DNA of 64,000 bases from Flavobacteriales bacterium (GTDB lineage Bacteria > Bacteroidota > Bacteroidia > Flavobacteriales_F > PHOS-HE28): NCBI GenBank assembly GCA_044224725.1, contig JBGAJW010000012.1, positions 21,022 to 85,021 of the forward strand, written 5' to 3'. Shown here piece after piece: positions 53,813 to 62,934 of the stretch. Position 1 is the first letter of the stretch; each line of letters begins with the position of its first letter. A program made the translations under genes and the position numbers. Under the pieces are notes generated by a model, which was not told the origin of the DNA, did not search any database, and saw only the letters and a program-made list of their open reading frames with translations.

Positions 53813-55489
53813 CTACCTCAGCACGGTAACAATGCCATTCCGCTCCCCTTCCACCCGGGCACCGCACTCCGCCGAATATGACACGGTGTAGAAATAGGTG
53901 CCTTCCGCAGCACCCGATCCGTTCCATGTGCGCTTCCCGCCGTTCTGTTGAACGGGAATGCCCCAGCGATCGAAGACGCTCAACTCGTACGCATCGAACA
54001 TGGGCATGAGGTCCAATTCAGGGTTGCTCGGAAGGAAGGGATGCCAGCTATCGTTCTTCCCGTCCCCATTGGGTGAAATGACGTTAGGGAAAGCCAGCGT
54101 GCTGAGGTCGAGATCCACGACAGTGGATTCTATGATCTCCACGGAGGCGTTGTCGGTACAGCCGGTCACGGCGTCGGTGACCTGGAGGTTGTACAAGCCC
54201 GCGTCACTCACTTGAGGCGCAACGATCGTGCTGAAACCGGTGATCGTATCCGTAGGCAGCAGGGCCGTCCAGGAATACTGGACATCCTGCTGCGGCGTGA
54301 CAGTCACACCCCCGATCGTGACCAAGGGGTTGGCACATGAAAGTGGATCCTGCGCTTGGGGAATGCTCACGTTCAATTCATGATCCGGCACCGTGACCTG
54401 TTGCGTGGCGGTGCATCCGCTGGCATCGATCAAGGTGACGGTATGTACGCCCGCATCCAATCCGTCCAGGTATCCATTGGGCATGGGGTTCCCGTCCACG
54501 AGAAGATCGGCTGGCGGCGTACCGCTCGTCTGGCTCGCTTGGATCGCGCCGTCTGAACCGTTGCATGCCGTGGTGGCCACCGCATCGAACGCGGGTGGTG
54601 CGATCAGCTGCACCTCGAAGGTGGTATCCACGGCCGTGTTGCCGCACACATCCTCCACGTTGCCGAAGAGATCCGTGATGTTCACCGTGAACGTTCCGCC
54701 TTCATTGATGCCCGTGCCCAATTCAATAGTGAAGGTGTTCTGGGCGGTCGCCACGGGGTCCGCAGGGATCACGTTGGTGCAGGGATAGATCTGCCCTTGG
54801 GAAGAAATGAGCTGGAAGTCGCCCGCCTCCACCGTCGAGGTGACCACGTTCTCGCTGAACGCGATGTAGAACGACTGATCGGCGCAATCCGCCACCACTC
54901 CCACCATGTAAGGCGGGGTCTGATCGTAGATGTTCGCCGTGCTCTGGGTGAAATCGATCGTGTATCCGTCCGGGCTGCCCGTCCAGTTCATCACGACCAA
55001 CGCGTAGACCTGTCCTACCTGCACCGGGAGGTCCGCATTGAACGGAGGTCCGTTGGTATCGCCGGGACCGTTTGTGGTGCCGGTGCCACCATTTGTGCTC
55101 GAAATACCCGTAGGCCCATTGGTGGTGAACGATCCGTACGAATTGCAGTTCACCTCGGGGGAATCACCATTCTGGATGCCCGCACAACCCCCGCTCGTTA
55201 TGTTGAACAATCCCCAGTCGTAGTCGTCAATATCGTTCGCCGGGTCCAGAATGAAACTGAGGTTGCCCGCTTCCTGCACGGTGAACGTGTACCACAAGCT
55301 GGCCGACTCCAGGTTCGCATTGCATGTGCCGGTGAACTCGTAAGTGTTCCCTGTGCCGAGCGGCGCGCTCGTCTCCGTATAGAGCCCACCACACAGCGGG
55401 ATCGCGCCTATGCAATCGCTCGTGCTCGCCTGCCCCAGCGCATCACTCGCGAGCGCTATACCAACGATAATGCTCGTCCGGATCTTCAT
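53813..55489 (-). CDS. T9SS substrate with a gliding-motility-type (type B) C-terminal domain; Ig-like/PKD-like modules
   Basis: The start was refined to the ATG at 55489 (MKIRTSIIVGIALASDALGQA). The central region is Gly/Thr/Asn-rich and beta-sandwich-like. The C-terminal ...FPNVISPNGDGKNDSWHPF...YELSVFDRWGIPV...GTYFYTVSY... matches the same CTD family as the 30659..36904 protein. Confidence 0.65.
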   Translation of the reverse strand: MKIRTSIIVGIALASDALGQASTSDCIGAIPLCGGLYTETSAPLGTGNTYEFTGTCNANLESASLWYTFTVQEAGNLSFILDPANDIDDYDWGLFNITSGGCAGIQNGDSPEVNCNSYGSFTTNGPTGISSTNGGTGTTNGPGDTNGPPFNADLPVQVGQVYALVVMNWTGSPDGYTIDFTQSTANIYDQTPPYMVGVVADCADQSFYIAFSENVVTSTVEAGDFQLISSQGQIYPCTNVIPADPVATAQNTFTIELGTGINEGGTFTVNITDLFGNVEDVCGNTAVDTTFEVQLIAPPAFDAVATTACNGSDGAIQASQTSGTPPADLLVDGNPMPNGYLDGLDAGVHTVTLIDASGCTATQQVTVPDHELNVSIPQAQDPLSCANPLVTIGGVTVTPQQDVQYSWTALLPTDTITGFSTIVAPQVSDAGLYNLQVTDAVTGCTDNASVEIIESTVVDLDLSTLAFPNVISPNGDGKNDSWHPFLPSNPELDLMPMFDAYELSVFDRWGIPVQQNGGKRTWNGSGAAEGTYFYTVSYSAECGARVEGERNGIVTVLR

Positions 55490-55681
55490 GGTCGTGGTTC
55501 GTATGTGTTCAAAGTTGGGACGCTGGATCGCTCCGGATCGGTGCCTGCGCCCGCGCTGTACAGCCCAAAGATGAACTGCTCGCACGCCTCTCCGGCAGAC
55601 TCCGTTCATCCCAGCACGGTGGGATAGCCTCACGGATAGTCCTCCTATTTTCGCCATTCCCCTTGTATCCGGTCGCAACAC

Positions 55682-58060
55682 ATGTTCACCAAGCACTTCT
55701 TCCTCGCTCTCGGCGCCTTGGCCGCTTGCACTGCCATCGCCCAACAGGACCAACGTTACGGCCGCGACAAGTTCCGACAGTTGGATCAGGAACTGCCCAC
55801 GCCCAACGAGCAGCGCACCGCCAGTGGCGCACCCGGCCATGCCTATTGGCAGATGAAGGCCGATTACGACATCCACGTGGAAGTGACCGAGCCTCTTGCC
55901 TCTGAGGGTATCCTACCGAAGCTCACCGGCTACGAGACCATCACCTACCACAACCAATCACCGGACAAACTCGAATACCTCTGGCTTCAGCTCGACCAGA
56001 ACATCTTCGAACCGGGCAGCGATGCGAACACCACGCGCACCGGAACGATCCCGGACAGCGTTTCCACAGACCAGCTCGCCAAATGGGTGAAGCCCTTCGA
56101 GGGCGGCTACAAGATCACGAGCGTCACCGATGGCAGTGGCGGCAAGCTGAAGTACACGATCAACAAGACGATGATGCGCGTGGACCTGCCGAAGCCGCTC
56201 GCGCCGGGCGGGACCTACAGCTTCAAGGTGGGCTGGTGGAACTGGATCAACGACCGCTTCAAATGGGGCGGCCGCGGCGGCTACGAGTACTTCCCCGATG
56301 AGGACAACTACATCTTCACCATCGCGCAGTTCTACCCGCGTATGGCCGCTTACATGGACTATAGCGGCTGGCAGCACAAGCAGTTCCTCGGCGCCGGCGA
56401 GTTCACGCTCGACTTCGGCGACTACACATTGAGCATTACGGTTCCGAGCGATCACGCGGTGGCCTCCACTGGTGTGTTGCAGAATGAAAGCGCGGTGCTC
56501 ACCGCCGAGCAACGTTCGCGTCTCGCCAAAGCCCGTTCGGCCAGTGCACCCGTATTCGTGATCACCGAAGAAGAGGCGAAGAAGAACGAAGTGAAGACCG
56601 CCGATGCCAAGCGCTCCCTCGGCAAGAAGACCTGGACCTACAAGGCGCAGAACGTGCGCGACGTGGCCTTCGCCAGCAGCCGCAAGTTCATCTGGGACGG
56701 CATGGACCAGCCGGTGCATGATCACCACGTCTTGTGCATGAGCTTCTACCCGAAGGAAGGCAACCCGCTCTGGAGCCAGTACAGCACCAAGGTGGTGGCA
56801 CACACGATCAAGACCTACAGCAAGTTCACGGCGGACTACATCTATCCCGTGGCGCAGAGCATCCACACGGACAGGATCGGCATGGAGTACCCGATGATCT
56901 GCTTCAACGGCGGTCGGCCGGAGAAGGACGGCACCTACAGCGAACGCACGAAGTATGGCATGATCGGCGTGATCACCCACGAGGTGGGCCACAACTTCTT
57001 CCCGATGATCATCAACAGCGATGAACGCCAGTGGACCTGGATGGACGAGGGCCTGAACACCTTCGTGCAATACCTCACCGAGCAGGAATGGGACAAGGAC
57101 TACCCGAGCTGGCGTGGAAAGCCCCGCAACATCGTGGACTACATGAAAGGCGACCCCAACGCGGCACCGGACAAGGTAAAGGCGCGTATCGAGCCGATCA
57201 TGACGAACAGTGAGAGCCTCACGCAGTTCGGAAACAACGCCTACGGCAAGCCGGCCACCGCGCTGAACATCCTTCGGGAGACGGTCATGGGCCGTGAACT
57301 CTTCGACCACGCGTTCAAGACCTATTGCGAGCGCTGGAAGTTCAAGCACCCAACTCCCGCTGACTTCTTCCGCTCGATGGAAGACGCCAGCGCCGTGGAC
57401 CTCGACTGGTTCTGGCGCGGCTGGTTCTACACCACGGACCATGTGGACATCAGCATCGAGAACCTGAAGTACCGCCGCATGGATCCGCGGGATCCCCTGC
57501 AAGCCGAGAAGCTGAAGCGTGAGGACAAGTCACGCGAAGTGGCCGACCTGAGCCGCCAGCGCAACATCGATAGCAAGGTCGATTTCGTCGTGGAACGCGA
57601 CCCGAGCACCAAGGACTTCTACAACCGCTTCGACCCGCTCACCGCAACGGAGCGCGATGTCACCGAATTCGAGAAGTGGAAGAAAGGCCTGAAGCCGGAG
57701 GAACTCGCCCTGCTGAACGAGGACCTGCACCTCTACGAGCTCAACTTCAAGAACATCGGCGGGCTCGTGATGCCCATCATCCTGGAATGGGAGTATGTGG
57801 ACGGCACCAAGGAAGTGGACCGGATCCCCGCCGAGATCTGGCGCACGAGCGACGACGTGAGCAAGTTATTCGTGAAGCGCAAGGAGGTGAAGGGCGTGAC
57901 CCTCGACCCCTTCCTGGAAACCGCCGACTGCGACCTGAACAACAACAGCTGGCCGCCCAAAATGGTGCCCACGCGCTTCGACATCTTCAAGGAGCAGCAG
58001 TGGCGCGCGCCCAACCCGATGCAGTTGGAAAGGAAGCAGTTGGAGATGAAGGGGCAGTGA
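55682..58060 (+). CDS. M1-family zinc metallopeptidase (aminopeptidase N-like), secreted
   Basis: Signal peptide MFTKHFFLALGALAACTAIAQ. A GAMEY-like substrate-anchor motif (GMEYPMICF). Zincin motif VITHEVGHNFF with the downstream Glu in WMDEGLNTF (HExxH-x18-E). Length 792 aa. Confidence 0.7.
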   Translation: MFTKHFFLALGALAACTAIAQQDQRYGRDKFRQLDQELPTPNEQRTASGAPGHAYWQMKADYDIHVEVTEPLASEGILPKLTGYETITYHNQSPDKLEYLWLQLDQNIFEPGSDANTTRTGTIPDSVSTDQLAKWVKPFEGGYKITSVTDGSGGKLKYTINKTMMRVDLPKPLAPGGTYSFKVGWWNWINDRFKWGGRGGYEYFPDEDNYIFTIAQFYPRMAAYMDYSGWQHKQFLGAGEFTLDFGDYTLSITVPSDHAVASTGVLQNESAVLTAEQRSRLAKARSASAPVFVITEEEAKKNEVKTADAKRSLGKKTWTYKAQNVRDVAFASSRKFIWDGMDQPVHDHHVLCMSFYPKEGNPLWSQYSTKVVAHTIKTYSKFTADYIYPVAQSIHTDRIGMEYPMICFNGGRPEKDGTYSERTKYGMIGVITHEVGHNFFPMIINSDERQWTWMDEGLNTFVQYLTEQEWDKDYPSWRGKPRNIVDYMKGDPNAAPDKVKARIEPIMTNSESLTQFGNNAYGKPATALNILRETVMGRELFDHAFKTYCERWKFKHPTPADFFRSMEDASAVDLDWFWRGWFYTTDHVDISIENLKYRRMDPRDPLQAEKLKREDKSREVADLSRQRNIDSKVDFVVERDPSTKDFYNRFDPLTATERDVTEFEKWKKGLKPEELALLNEDLHLYELNFKNIGGLVMPIILEWEYVDGTKEVDRIPAEIWRTSDDVSKLFVKRKEVKGVTLDPFLETADCDLNNNSWPPKMVPTRFDIFKEQQWRAPNPMQLERKQLEMKGQ

Positions 58061-58067
58061 CCGAACC

Positions 58068-58400
58068 ATGGTCGACCGAGAGGAGATCATCCGATTCGTC
58101 CAAGAGCAACTCGGATTCATTCCCACGCCGAAAACAAAGTTCTTCTGGGGGACAGGAGTCGCAGGGCTTGATGCGTGGGCCTTCATGCAAGCCTTTGCGG
58201 ACCACTACAGTGTCGACATGGAAGACGTCGGCAAGGACTTCGACTATGGTGGGGATGAACCTGATCTCGGTTCTGCGCTGGGATATCTTTGGAAGAGGAT
58301 CACGTTCCGTCCTGTTCCCAGAACAAATCATTTCACCATCGACCATCTCGTTGAAGTAGCCAACAGGAGGAAATGGTTCGAAGCGCCAATTGAGGCATGA
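58068..58400 (+). CDS. Hypothetical small protein (DUF1493-like)
   Basis: 110-aa ORF. Its stop overlaps the start of the downstream cupin gene (ATGA at 58397). No motif recognised with confidence. Confidence 0.4.
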   Translation: MVDREEIIRFVQEQLGFIPTPKTKFFWGTGVAGLDAWAFMQAFADHYSVDMEDVGKDFDYGGDEPDLGSALGYLWKRITFRPVPRTNHFTIDHLVEVANRRKWFEAPIEA

Positions 58401-58738
58401 ACGAGCCGATCCTCTTCAAGATCACCGACTGGTCGCAGGTACCGACCACCGTGGTGAACGGCGCTTCCGGCACGGCCACGATGCGCATCCAACAGCTTGG
58501 CGACCTCCGTATCCGCATGATCGAGTACTCTGCCAACTACCTCGCGGACCATTGGTGCGAACTGGGGCACTTGGTCTTCGTGCTCGAAGGCGAACTGATC
58601 AACGAACTGAAGGACGGCCCGACGACGGTGATGAAGGCCGGTTCATCCTATGCCGTCTCCGATGGCTTGAGTTCGCACCGCTCGCGCACCGTGGGGCCGG
58701 TGAAGCTCTTGGTGGTGGATGGGGGGTTCCTGAAGTAG
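58397..58738 (+). CDS. DHCW-motif cupin-fold protein
   Basis: 113 aa containing ...SANYLADHWCELGHLVFVLEGEL... (the D-H-W-C motif) and a cupin beta-barrel pattern. Confidence 0.55.
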   Translation: MNEPILFKITDWSQVPTTVVNGASGTATMRIQQLGDLRIRMIEYSANYLADHWCELGHLVFVLEGELINELKDGPTTVMKAGSSYAVSDGLSSHRSRTVGPVKLLVVDGGFLK

Positions 58739-58746
58739 GAACGCCA

Positions 58747-59250
58747 TCAGGCTCCGGACCGAGTTTCCCATGATCGCTGGAACCGGTGGAGCCATTGCCG
58801 CTGCTCGTCTGTATCTGGCACGGAAATCTGCCTGGCCGCTGCCAGCATCTTCCATGCAACTTCAGGCTTGGAACCACACGCAACCATGATCGCCCCGCAC
58901 AACATGCTGGACCTGCCGATGCCCATCCGGCAATGGACCGCTATGGATGATCCAATAGACAAGAGGGTCTTCAACTCAGCGGTCAGTTCCAGCGCGCGAC
59001 GCATTTCAGGTAGGCCGCGATCCGGAACCGGAAAGGCGAAATAGTCCAGTCCAAGTAAACTCGCGATAGAGTGCTCTTGCACCAGGCCCAGCTCCTGTTC
59101 TTCACTCCGTTCAAGCGCAGACACGAGCACCGTCCAATCGCTACTTGCCATACGTGACAAGTCCTGCTCAAGCCAATCACCTCCTCTTGGCCGGGCGGCA
59201 ATGGCCAATCGACCAGAAGGGAAGCCGGAGATGGGATAGACTTTCATCAA
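58747..59250 (-). CDS. Protein-tyrosine/dual-specificity phosphatase-like protein (CX5R P-loop)
   Basis: VHCRMGIGRSS matches HC(x5)R(S/T). Length 167 aa. Convergent with the cupin gene with a 9-nt gap. Confidence 0.6.
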   Translation of the reverse strand: MMKVYPISGFPSGRLAIAARPRGGDWLEQDLSRMASSDWTVLVSALERSEEQELGLVQEHSIASLLGLDYFAFPVPDRGLPEMRRALELTAELKTLLSIGSSIAVHCRMGIGRSSMLCGAIMVACGSKPEVAWKMLAAARQISVPDTDEQRQWLHRFQRSWETRSGA

Positions 59251-59275
59251 TAGAACATCGAGCTACATCGTGCAG

Positions 59276-59314
59276 ATGAAGCTGCTGGTGGTGGATGGGA
59301 CGTTCTTGAAGTGA
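59276..59314 (+). pseudogene. 12-codon remnant of a second cupin-gene copy (MKLLVVDGTFLK*)
   Basis: It matches the C-terminus of the 58397..58738 cupin (VKLLVVDGGFLK*) at 11 of 12 residues, and at the DNA level (ctggtggtggatggg...ttcttgaagtga). Confidence 0.4.
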
Positions 59315-59590
59315 GAGTTGGCCCGTTTCAATGCATATGGCTCATGAAGTTGTAGAAGCAAGTTGCCCCACCAACAGTGCCGACGATGAAGGCGGTTGCC
59401 ACAATCTTCATCGTACCCCCTCCTTGTTGGAGCATCTCCAAGATCGCCCTGAGAAACAGTACGGTCACATGGGCGACAACGAGCAGGAGGTGCGCTCCAC
59501 TCAGATGACCGAATGGTCCATTCCAAATGGTGAGTACAGCGCTGTACAGAGCGAGCACCAGGAGATTGGCCCAGAGGAGCCCAGGAGTTT

Positions 59591-60097
59591 TCACCTCAGC
59601 GAGGGCCAATAGTCCGTCAAGCTCACCACCCAAGGCGTCAAACGATAGACCATGACGACAGGATAAGCACCACCGAGATTCATCATCATACAACTGTTTC
59701 CATACTGGATCCTAAGATGTTTCTCTGACCCCTCTTGTCGCTCACCAAGGTCAATGTGAACGTTCGCCAAGCTGGTTGATGGATCGGTGACAGCCTTGCC
59801 TTCAAACAGCAAGGAGTCATCCACGCTGATTCGCACGTCGCCAGCGAATCCGTCCATGAGTTGGAGTATCTGGCGTTCAGGGTTCTTTGGTTCGGTGTAA
59901 GTAAAACCTGGCTGATCCCGCCTTCTGACTTGCTTCGCTTGATCCGGCTTCAACATATCCTTGACCATTCCTGTGTCACGGACAAGGTCGTTCAAGCTGT
60001 CGTATTGCACCTTCACGGAGTCAGCGCAGTAAGCGTAGACCTGTCCACAAGCATGGCTAGCGACAAGAACCAGCAAACAGATGAACGGTATTCTCAT
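59591..60097 (-). CDS. Hypothetical secreted protein
   Basis: Signal peptide MRIPFICLLVLVASHACGQ. 168 aa with no recognisable motif. It lies in a patch of lower GC than its surroundings. Confidence 0.4.
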   Translation of the reverse strand: MRIPFICLLVLVASHACGQVYAYCADSVKVQYDSLNDLVRDTGMVKDMLKPDQAKQVRRRDQPGFTYTEPKNPERQILQLMDGFAGDVRISVDDSLLFEGKAVTDPSTSLANVHIDLGERQEGSEKHLRIQYGNSCMMMNLGGAYPVVMVYRLTPWVVSLTDYWPSLR

Positions 60098-60106
60098 GCA
60101 CGTTCA

Positions 60107-61189
60107 TCACATCCTCCGATACCACCCCTTGATCCTTTCCCTATCCAGCACCTTCTGCCAATCCGGCCCGAAGGCGTGATCCCACATGTGCGGTAGGTTG
60201 TAGGCCACTTCGGCCATCGCGCTGATGGTCTCCTCGCTCCAGTCCTTCGCGAGGCCTTGCGGGATGTGTACGTTCAGGTGCTTCACCATGCCCTTGAATT
60301 CCTGCACGTAGTCGCCATAGACGTCCTCCAACTTGTCGAAGGCGATGCAGTTGGCGATGCAGTGGTGGATCTCAAGCACCTTGCCCAAGCCGTAGCTCAG
60401 CGCGTGGCACACGCCCACTTCGCTGTACGTAAGGCTTAGACCACCCATGTAGCTGGCCACCATCAACAGCTCATCGCTCTTCGGATCTTTGCGATCGAGC
60501 TTCAGGAAGACCTCGCGGCACATGTCCAGCGCCTTCTCGCTGTACGCTTCGGCGAAGGTGTTCTTCTTGGTGCCGGTGATCGCTTCCACGCTGTGGATAT
60601 ACGTGTCCATGCCCGTGTAGAACCACTGGTCTCGCGGCACACTGGCGATAAGATCGGGATCCAGCACGATCTGGTCGAAGACCGTCCAATCGCACTTCAG
60701 GCCGAGCTTCTTCACGGGGCCGGTGAGCACGGCGGTCATGCTCACTTCCGCACCAGTTCCGCTGATGGTGGGCACGCCGCAGTGGTAGATGCCGGGCTTC
60801 TTGATCAGGTTCAGCCCTTGGTACTGCACGCTGCTACCCTCGTTGGTGAACATGAGCGAGGCGGCCTTGGCGATGTCCATTACGCTGCCGCCGCCGATGC
60901 CCACGATGCCCGCTGGGAGGCCGCGCCGCTTCAGGATGTCGTCGCGCAGCTTGTCGATGAGTTCCGTGGTGGGCTCCTTCAGCACGCTGATGAAGTGGAC
61001 CTCATCGCCCTCCAGTTCGGGGATGCGCTTCACGAAGTCGGTCTTGTCCTCGAAGTAGTCATCCACCACGAAGACCATGAAGCCATCGTTGTTGAAGCGA
61101 TGCGGCTGGAGGATCTCATCGAGCTTGCCGAAGGAGCCGCGACCGTAGCAGGTCTTGGTCACGGACTTGAAGTTGCGGAAGAGGTTCAT
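60107..61189 (-). CDS. Iron-containing alcohol dehydrogenase / 3-dehydroquinate-synthase-like family oxidoreductase
   Basis: Glycine-rich NAD site GIGGGSVMDIAKA and metal-binding His residues (HCIANCIAF, CHALSYGLG) in a Fe-ADH-like arrangement. Length 360 aa. Confidence 0.65.
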   Translation of the reverse strand: MNLFRNFKSVTKTCYGRGSFGKLDEILQPHRFNNDGFMVFVVDDYFEDKTDFVKRIPELEGDEVHFISVLKEPTTELIDKLRDDILKRRGLPAGIVGIGGGSVMDIAKAASLMFTNEGSSVQYQGLNLIKKPGIYHCGVPTISGTGAEVSMTAVLTGPVKKLGLKCDWTVFDQIVLDPDLIASVPRDQWFYTGMDTYIHSVEAITGTKKNTFAEAYSEKALDMCREVFLKLDRKDPKSDELLMVASYMGGLSLTYSEVGVCHALSYGLGKVLEIHHCIANCIAFDKLEDVYGDYVQEFKGMVKHLNVHIPQGLAKDWSEETISAMAEVAYNLPHMWDHAFGPDWQKVLDRERIKGWYRRM

Positions 61190-61298
61190 GGCGATCAGAT
61201 GATGTGTCGATCAGATGATCAGATGATCGGCCGACCGTTGTAATGAACCGCAAAGGAACGCGCGCGGCGGTTGCCAAAGAAGCCGCATCTTCACCGCG

Positions 61299-61715
61299 AT
61301 GGGAACGGAGATCCTCTTGGGCTACACCGGTCTGGACGCGCTGCGGCTGCTGTTCGCGGCCATGGTGGCGATCCTCTTCCTGCAATCGGGCCTCAGCAAG
61401 GTGTTCGGTTGGAAAGGGGAAATGGAGTGGCTGACCGGTCACTTCGCGAATTCCATCCTGAAGGGCACCGTACCGCTGTTGTTGCCGGTGATCACGGTGA
61501 TCGAACTGTCCGCTGGCGTGTGCGCGGCGATCGGAGGGGTCCAGGTGTTGCTCCATCACGGCGCGGTCATCGGCCTGTGGGGCATGCTGCTCGGTGCGAA
61601 GGCGATCGTCCTGCTCTTCTTCGGCCAGCGCGTGGCCAAGGATTATGCGGGTGCGGCCGCGTTGGTGCCTTACTTCCTGATGTGCACGGCGGGAATGTGG
61701 GTGTACGTGTCTTGA
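61299..61715 (+). CDS. DoxX-family membrane protein
   Basis: 138 aa with 4 TM helices (LRLLFAAMVAILFLQSGLSKVFGW, LLLPVITVIELSAGVCAAIGG, AVIGLWGMLLGAKAIVLLFFG, ALVPYFLMCTAGMWVYV), typical of DoxX. Confidence 0.65.
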   Translation: MGTEILLGYTGLDALRLLFAAMVAILFLQSGLSKVFGWKGEMEWLTGHFANSILKGTVPLLLPVITVIELSAGVCAAIGGVQVLLHHGAVIGLWGMLLGAKAIVLLFFGQRVAKDYAGAAALVPYFLMCTAGMWVYVS

Positions 61716-61728
61716 TGTACCCGCTCTT

Positions 61729-61845
61729 GACCCCGACGGGGTCATAGCCCATTGGATTTATTTCCACCGGAATGTTTGACCCCGAAGGGGTCGCAGCATG
61801 TTGAACTGCTCCTCATGATCGGTCCCGACCCCGAAGGGGTCGCAG
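61729..61845. repeat. Cluster of 3 REP-like palindromes (GACCCCGA[A/C]GGGGTC, two followed by GCAG) upstream of the RAYT gene
   Basis: Copies at 61729..61743, 61778..61792 and 61827..61841 were read directly from the sequence. Confidence 0.7.
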
Positions 61846-61881
61846 CCGGAGTTCTACATTCACCAGGCACATACCCGCACC

Positions 61882-62325
61882 ATGTCCACCTATTTCAAGC
61901 TGCACTACCACATCGTTTTCGCGACGAAGAACAGAGTGGCTTGCTTGGACAAGTCGTGGCGGGCGCAGTTGTGGGAGTACATGGGCGGGACCGTCAGAGG
62001 CCTCGGTGCTGTTCCGCATGGGGTCGGCGGCTTCAATGACCATGTGCATCTGCTCATCGACCTGAAGCCCACGCAGCTGATACCCGATGTGGTTCGCGAG
62101 GTGAAGAAGGCTTCAACGGAATGGATCCGCCAGCAACACATGCGGGGTGGTTTCCAATGGCAGGAAGGTTATGGTGTGTTCACCGTCGGTTGGCGCGAGC
62201 GCGATGCCATCAAGGCCTATATCGCGGGCCAGGAGGTGCATCATGGCCGTCGTTCATTCCGGGAGGAACTCGTGGATATGCTGAATGAGGCTGGGGTGGA
62301 ATTCGACCCGCAGTACCTGCCATAA
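61882..62325 (+). CDS. REP-associated tyrosine transposase (RAYT; IS200/IS605 TnpA-like HUH enzyme)
   Basis: 147 aa. N-terminal YHIVFATKNR resembles the TnpA_IS200 start. HUH motif HVHLL. Conserved GYGVF in the C-terminal region where the catalytic Tyr is expected. It is flanked on both sides by REP palindromes in opposite orientations. Confidence 0.7.
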   Translation: MSTYFKLHYHIVFATKNRVACLDKSWRAQLWEYMGGTVRGLGAVPHGVGGFNDHVHLLIDLKPTQLIPDVVREVKKASTEWIRQQHMRGGFQWQEGYGVFTVGWRERDAIKAYIAGQEVHHGRRSFREELVDMLNEAGVEFDPQYLP

Positions 62326-62337
62326 GAACATCGGCTG

Positions 62338-62494
62338 CGACCCCTTCAGGGTCGTTGGCATTCGGGTTGGCACTTCAACATGCTGTGACCCCTTCGGGGT
62401 CAATGCCCAGCTTGTGTCGACTGCACCGCGCTCGACTCCGAAGGGGTCGCAGCTTGTTGCAGACAATGTGGATAGGATCGACCCCGAAGGGATC
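62338..62494. repeat. Cluster of 4 REP-like palindromes (inverted orientation, CTGCGACCCCTTCGGGGTC-type, one degenerate) downstream of the RAYT gene
   Basis: Copies at 62339..62353, 62387..62401, 62434..62448 and 62480..62494 (GACCCCGAAGGGATC, degenerate). Confidence 0.7.
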
Positions 62495-62516
62495 GCAGCC
62501 GGTGTTTATCAATCAT

Positions 62517-62867
62517 TCATCGCTCCCCGATTGGCTTGAACACCACCTGCGCAGGCATTTCGGTATACCTCTTGGATCGGATGAAGGCAATCGCTTCAAT
62601 GATGCACTGGCGATCCAGCTGTTCAACCATGGGATCTTGTGCGAGCGCTTGCAGAATGGAGAGCAGCATCTTCTCATCCGAGGATCGGATCGGAATGAGC
62701 ACCCTATCAAGGTACAATCTGCCAGGAACACAGTCGCGGTCATGGTACTGCATGATCCAATGCTGGCCCAGCCTGATCACATGCTCGCCGCTATCGTCGG
62801 CGTAACGCACATCTATGGTACCACCGTCCATCCATGCCAACAATTCAAGGAAGCGCATGTTCGGCAT
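62517..62867 (-). CDS. Hypothetical protein
   Basis: 116-aa ORF with no motif recognised. It lies between the REP cluster and the aminotransferase gene. Confidence 0.3.
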   Translation of the reverse strand: MPNMRFLELLAWMDGGTIDVRYADDSGEHVIRLGQHWIMQYHDRDCVPGRLYLDRVLIPIRSSDEKMLLSILQALAQDPMVEQLDRQCIIEAIAFIRSKRYTEMPAQVVFKPIGER

Positions 62868-62934
62868 TGAGAATCACGCGTGAATCCTGGTCAAAAACAT
62901 TAATGATCATGCGTAGCTGCCTCCATCACCATTC

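Noticed and set aside
59328-59693. 121-aa minus-strand ORF overlapping the start of the 59591..60097 gene
   Set aside because: It overlaps the better-supported secreted-protein gene by ~100 nt and contains only one or two hydrophobic segments. It could be a small membrane protein with a later start, but the support is insufficient.
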